From Balanoglossus misakiensis (Eukaryota; Animalia; Hemichordata): a stretch of 64,000 nucleotides of DNA. The stretch spans positions 2,596,345 through 2,660,344 of the forward strand of contig CM082579.2 in the NCBI GenBank assembly GCA_040954595.2, written 5' to 3'. The notes beneath the pieces are model-generated. The model worked only from the letters and a program-made list of their open reading frames with translations, did not search any database and was not told the DNA's origin. The position numbers and the translations under genes were made by a program. Shown one piece after another: positions 58,794 to 64,000 of the stretch (position 1 is the first letter of the stretch; each line of letters begins with the position of its first letter).

Positions 58794-61700
58794 GGTTCCC
58801 TGTGGACTGTCTTCACCCAGACTCACCACTATTTCGTAACGCTCCTGCAGGCAAAGATGTCCTTCTAGGTTTAGGGGAAGGGGTTTGAGACTTTTGACTG
58901 GCTTCACGTAAACCTGTACACGTCATATATAAACAAACAAACAGACACACCACACAGTGTCATGAATGCCACACAAAATAAGTGAGGTCAGTAAAGAAAA
59001 AACAAAACTCTACTTCGGACGGACACTGCAAGGTGGATACACAAAATCACCAAACATCATGCATAAACAAAAGTAGTGAGGAAAGGCAGTGATTGGATCA
59101 AAAAGCAAAGAACTGCGGGGAAAATTCAATTTTTACCAAGTGCAGTCAAAGTTCCTAAAAATGCCAGAATGATACTCACTTTCTTCTTGCATTCTAGCTA
59201 TAATCTGTACATCAGTAACATCTTCTAATTTGTTAATTCCTAACTTCTCTTCTAATTTTTCTTCAGCACTCTGGTGTCTCTCTCGCCGTGGCGACCCACC
59301 TGTCGTCGCCGCCCCCACAGCGCCCCCTACTGGTGATGGTTGGGGAGTCACTGATTGTTGCACTTTGGTACCTGTGCAGAGTAGAAAGAATTTCCATGTA
59401 AAAGGTGCACAGTACCACAGCACATGACCTGTGTAGTCAGCCATATCTTTGTGCATTATTTTCTGTCTTGTGCGAAACACCCTTTGCAAAGATCGGCCTA
59501 TTTTGCATAAACCTGATCGGACAGAATAATTCAATTGCTTGTAATCTTCTTATCAGTTTGAGCCCCTTTTCAGACAAATACCCGATTTTCATCAACTGTT
59601 GTCAATTCCTAAACCCCAAATCCTTATTTGTGCATTCTTTCTTTTCAAAAGCAGACTTGGTGGAAGCAAATGTGACAGAGCGAGACTGATTCGTGTGTCT
59701 GGCACCACTGTGAAACCAAGACTAGTATTCCTATAATGATACAGGATTTATGTCGAAGCAGGTTTGCCCTTCAGCACATCATTTTTCATTATTTGATCGA
59801 ACTTAAAGAGACGCAACAGAAATTGTGCCAATGGGCAAGTAGGCAAATGTAATTAATAGAATATCGCTGAACAGCTCAGGGCAAACCAAAGTGTGAGGTG
59901 TACAGTCTACTTACCTATATTTGTGCTCGGCGAGCTCACCGGTGATGGGCCGGCAGACAGTGGGCTAGAAAATGGAGGGAAATTTCTGCTTACTGGGAAA
60001 GAGAGAGAGAAAGAAAAGAGAAAATATTAGTAACAGGTACCTCATCCTATAAAATTGGTTATATTTGCCCATTGGATGATGGTTAAATAAATTAAGTATG
60101 ACTACAGTCTATTGCTCCTAAGGCACCCAAAGTAATTCATTCATACAAACACGTGTATGCGCCTGCACGTACAGACTCACAGGTTTTGGATCAGTTGATT
60201 CTTTGTGCCAATAATTTCCTTGATATCCAATTTTGTGATTTGACTACAGTACTACTTACATTTGGAAATTTCTTCTATTCTTGCATAAAGTGATAGCTTG
60301 GCTTTTTCCATGTCTTTGCTGGGATTATCAAAATCTTGCCTGGCCCACTTGTAGGGGCTGACTTTTCTTTGTTCCATAGTTGGAGGCTTGTGAGGCGATG
60401 AATACAACCTGGAGAGATCAAAAAGACAAGTTTTTTCATATTGTTTATTCTCCTCTTCTCCTCTTCTGTAGTAGTTCATTCAAGTGAACCCAACCTAGTG
60501 CCTTTGCTTCTTAGACCAAAAACACTTCCACCAGATTCTATTCACTGTGGAGTGTCACAATGGGAGGTCACCGGAATAGCGACATCACCCATTTGGTCGG
60601 TGAATACACAAGACTGTTCAGCCACAAGGTAAAACCGTTAACCTCACTTGACCCTGTGGGGGTTTCAGTGGACAATTCAACACCAGCTCTTTGTGAGGGA
60701 CCCATGACGTCCATCGTATGAAAAAACCACACGCACTGAAACCTACTTTCTGGTGCAGAGATAATGCTCTCCAGTGAGTGTACTTCAACCGCCTTCTGTG
60801 TGTTGGTCTGGTGACAGCCTTACACCACCATAAAAACAAACTTGGTGGGAGCAAGACACAGGAAACTTTATTCCTTGCATGATTATTCGATATTATTTAT
60901 TATCATTTTATTGTTGCCTTCAGTGAAGGAAATCCGTACATCTTTCAAATCCATACACACCAGCTGACCATACTGAGTTACAAATCCCTGCTTTGGTTTG
61001 CCTGATAATTGAATCTCTGTGAAATGCATTCTTGAGAACTCAAGTAATTGAATCGTCTCAATCCTTGCATTCAGTATTGAGAAAGTTGGTCCACTTTGCG
61101 ACCCCATGAAAGAACAAACAAACACTCGAATACTCAATAAGTGGGTAGACTCACAAATAGAGTCAAGTCAACACTTACACAAGGAGGGCCAACCATTGAT
61201 AATTTATTCAAACTCTTGGGTAGCACTGAGACAGACGAATAAACCAGATGTACTGTAAGTTGGCCCTTGTCGCATTAAAAAAATGCACATAATTGATAAC
61301 AATAGCTTGAGTTGCAAAAAGGTGAACTGGGGAATTAAACATCACTACGGTTTCGATGGCATCCCATTCAGACTCTAGTTACGTGCCAGTGTCCAGATAT
61401 TACGACTGCCTTGTCGTCATGTCATAAACAGGAATTCCAGCGTCAGGGGAGAAAATGATCTCCTTTTCAACCAACATTCATTGGATATTGTGTGTTACCC
61501 AGGTCAGTGCACTGTCTGCATGTTAAGCTGATAACTGCTCATGTCTGACAGGTTATGTATGCACTGCCCAGGGACATAACTATTGATTAGAACGGCTACC
61601 TACAGTCTTGTCTAAAAACTCACAGTAAATTGCTGATGTACACAGACATGTATAAAGCCTGATCTCTCTAACCATTTTGGATTACAACTCCCAGAAAATA

Positions 61701-64000
61701 AGTACTAGCCTAAAGTGTTCATAGTCACGTAGTGAAGGGATTCATTTACAGACATACATATGAATACAACTAAAATCAGATGTCTGAGGTATCTTAATAA
61801 GAATACTGGTATTTCTTGTACACTGTAATTTACTCGTCAGCCCTGAATCATGCTCAAAGTTAATCTGATGGCTTGACAGTTTGATGAACTTGATTATTAA
61901 GTGTCTGTCTGTGTGTCAGTCTGTCTCTGCGTGTATTCTCAAGGTAACCTTAGCAACTGCCATGTGATATGTTCTAAGTAATCTCTCCTTGACACAGGGT
62001 TGCTCAAATTCTTCCGCTTGCATCTGCAATCCAAGCTTTTCTACAGTTCTCCCTGTGTAGATGGGATTTTCATGATAATTCATGTGTATATGAACCTGGC
62101 ACATTGTAAACAGTAGAGTGCATTTATGAAATGTTAACAGATCCCTACAACGCCATTCTCCGTTTCTGCACGCCTTGTACATTCTAGGATATCCTCGTGG
62201 TATAATTTACAGCGTGCCCGCACAACCAGATGAAATTTCATCTTCCCAAGGTCAACCTAGGTCATACACACTACTACAGCTACTTATTCATTGGCCACCA
62301 ATGTGGGACACCTCACAGGGACGATGACTGACCTTTTTCTTCTGCGGTCAATACTAGTATTCGTCATAAATATTTGTGATATGTCATAATTATGAATTTG
62401 TGACATAACTATCAATGGTTTCCACAGCATACACACTGAATCTTGCCAGAGAGCTGACAATATGTGTGTTTGGATTTCCAGACAAGGAGATATACAAAAT
62501 GGCATGATTGACCTTGGGTTGGACAGATACATAATTTCCTATGGGGCCACGGAGCAATTTATGGATTAATGCATCCACAAACTAATCTGTTGAACAGAGC
62601 AATTCTAATTCCGACACTGGCGAAAATCAATAGAAATATCAATAAAGACAAGCACGCTGGCCATGAAAAGCAAATATGAAGTGTATTGTTTGGATAAAAT
62701 AATGGAATACAGTTCTGTCATAATAATATTAAGGCCTGGCTTTAATTCTATATGCAAGTCAGCAGTTTTGCATATGTTTGACACAGTCACTGCAATGCAT
62801 TGTGGGATAAAATCACAAACAATAGAAAATTTTGCACTATTATAAAACTATAGATGTGTCAAACACATAAACAATACAATTCACACCCACTGAAACTGTT
62901 GTCCATGCCCTGGACAATGATGGAATGTCATTTACTAAGCTGGTTCTCCAGGCAAGGTTGTCATGTTACGTCCACATAGGGCAAATATGACCTACTTAAT
63001 TATCTTGATTTATAGTTGATCCATTGCCAGGTGGCAAAGCATCCTTTATTGCCAGGTGGCCCAAGTAACCTTATTACACTCACTGTACAACAACAGAAGA
63101 AATTCCTGTAATGTTAGTTATATTTTCATCACTCGTAATTGCGTTATCAAATGTTCAATTTGATTAGCAGATGCTTTCCTAAACAAGTAACAGAACATTA
63201 GTATTTGTCTAGAGCTATAACTGCTGCATTGAGATACAACGTGGCAGAACATCTTTATTATCGCCGCAACCATTTAATCTTCAGGTGGGGCTGAACAACC
63301 CTCATCTGTGATGTTTTAGGTAACCCCAACCAAGGCGATTCACCATGCTTGATGATGTCATTGTGTAATTTAAATCACCAAACACTTTACTGTAGGTACT
63401 TAACTGTATTGTGTATACCCGGCATAGATGGTCCCTTTAAATTGCCACTATGTGGACTGCTGTCAAATTTGGCCTTGATTAGCTGATAGAAATCGCTGTA
63501 AGGGATTTATATCAAATGCCGGCTACACTTCAATCTCACAACCGATAATATATGCGGTGAGTCATTCGGTATTCTTTAGACATGACATGTCTCCAATATT
63601 TGCCTTAGATTTGCCGGTAATCCGTCCCACTGTCAACGGCTCCAAGCATCAGCCTGCCACTCCCACCGATCGGCAAAAAATAAACATCCTATCCCTACAA
63701 CACGGAACCCCGTGTAGCGACTTCCTCCCAGATTGAAACTCCACCGGGTTGTGAAATCTCAAGTGAGGGGCGAGTCGGTTCACGGAGAAAGGATACCCTC
63801 CACACGATGAGGTCAACCCAACCCAAACAAATTAGCCCATCTCCAAGTTCAATAAGGTCAATTCCTGCACGAGACGCCGGGCGTTTACTCACCATGTATC
63901 CTCATCGCCTTCATTTTCAGACTCTATATTTAGTTCATCAACAGCGTCTATGCTTAAGTTCGCAAAATCTTTAGTATAAGTGTCTCTGTCCGATTCTGCT
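56546..64000 (-). CDS. SLAIN2: SLAIN motif-containing protein (SLAIN1/2-like), 5'-partial; complement(join(56546..56618,56769..57078,[57504..58118],[58827..58913],59180..59371,59915..59992,60260..60408,63893..>64000))
   Basis: Family motifs in order: DEDTWLYSSP..KVSPYKWARQDFDNPS, KLEDVTDVQIIARMQEESLR, RSSMPNL, SxIP-like SSIP/SSLP/TSIP, terminal DETWKEGCF* (recalled human [35 protein letters not shown].DGCY). Exon phases are consistent. Confidence 0.88.
56769..57078 (-). CDS. SLAIN2: SLAIN-like exon (RSSMPNL, SxIP-like motifs)
   Basis: TTTCACTTTCAG|; DQTRSSMPNL...SSIPVG...SSLPRP...HSR; AAG|GTGGGT; 310 nt. Confidence 0.88.
57504..58118 (-). CDS. SLAIN-like exon B, Gln/His-rich low complexity (615 nt)
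   Basis: TTTTTTCTCTGTGCTAG|; SLRQATIQSSPNSSPRR...QQHSPR...RRRPSLERVKKSRE; AAG|GTACAC; phase 1-1. Confidence 0.8.
58743..58795. repeat. (GA)20 microsatellite followed by a G13 run
   Basis: Directly visible in the sequence. Confidence 0.95.
58827..58913 (-). CDS. SLAIN-like alternative exon A (87 nt)
   Basis: GTACAG|; SLREASQKSQTPSPKPRRTSLPAGALRNS; GTG|GTGAGT; phase 1-1. Confidence 0.72.
59180..59371 (-). CDS. SLAIN2: SLAIN-like exon with the conserved DVQIIARMQEE motif
   Basis: TGCACAG|; GTKVQQ...KLEDVTDVQIIARMQEE; AAA|GTGAGT; 192 nt. Confidence 0.9.
59915..59992 (-). CDS. SLAIN2: SLAIN-like exon
   Basis: Long CT tract then CCCAG|; LSRNFPPFSSPLSAGPSPVSSPSTNI; TAG|GTAAGT; 78 nt. Confidence 0.8.
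60260..60408 (-). CDS. SLAIN2: SLAIN-like exon
   Basis: CTCTCCAG|; WLYSSPHKPP...SLYARIEEISK; |GTAAGT; 149 nt. Confidence 0.9.
63893..64000 (-). CDS. SLAIN2: SLAIN-like upstream exon, truncated by the window edge
   Basis: AESDRDTYTKDFANLSIDAVDELNIESENEGDEDT, then TG|GTGAGT, completing W with the next exon. Confidence 0.82.

Overview
Eukaryotic (animal) genomic DNA: AT-rich, with spliceosomal GT-AG introns and no prokaryotic features. It is most likely a non-vertebrate bilaterian; the phylum cannot be fixed from this window. Three intron-containing genes were reconstructed by hand with matching exon phases. (1) A complete BMP-type R-Smad (Smad1/5/9, Mad; + strand, 1655-9408, 452 aa). (2) A large MTUS1/MTUS2 (ATIP/TIP150)-like gene (+ strand, coding 32406-50137, start codon on an unidentified upstream exon). 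Its long isoform begins with a CAP-Gly domain, and an internal first exon resembles the N-terminus of human ATIP1. (3) A SLAIN1/2-like gene (- strand, beyond 64000 to 56546), convergent with the MTUS-like gene and ending in a WKEGCF CAP-Gly-ligand-type tail. Highlights: a convergent microtubule plus-end gene pair with possibly complementary CAP-Gly domain and ligand, the ATIP1-like alternative exon, an in-frame Smad linker cassette exon adding a PNSP site, a canonical GRCGNC-N5-GTCTG BMP element upstream of the Smad, and duplicated alternative exons in SLAIN. Homology statements rest on recalled sequences, not on searches.
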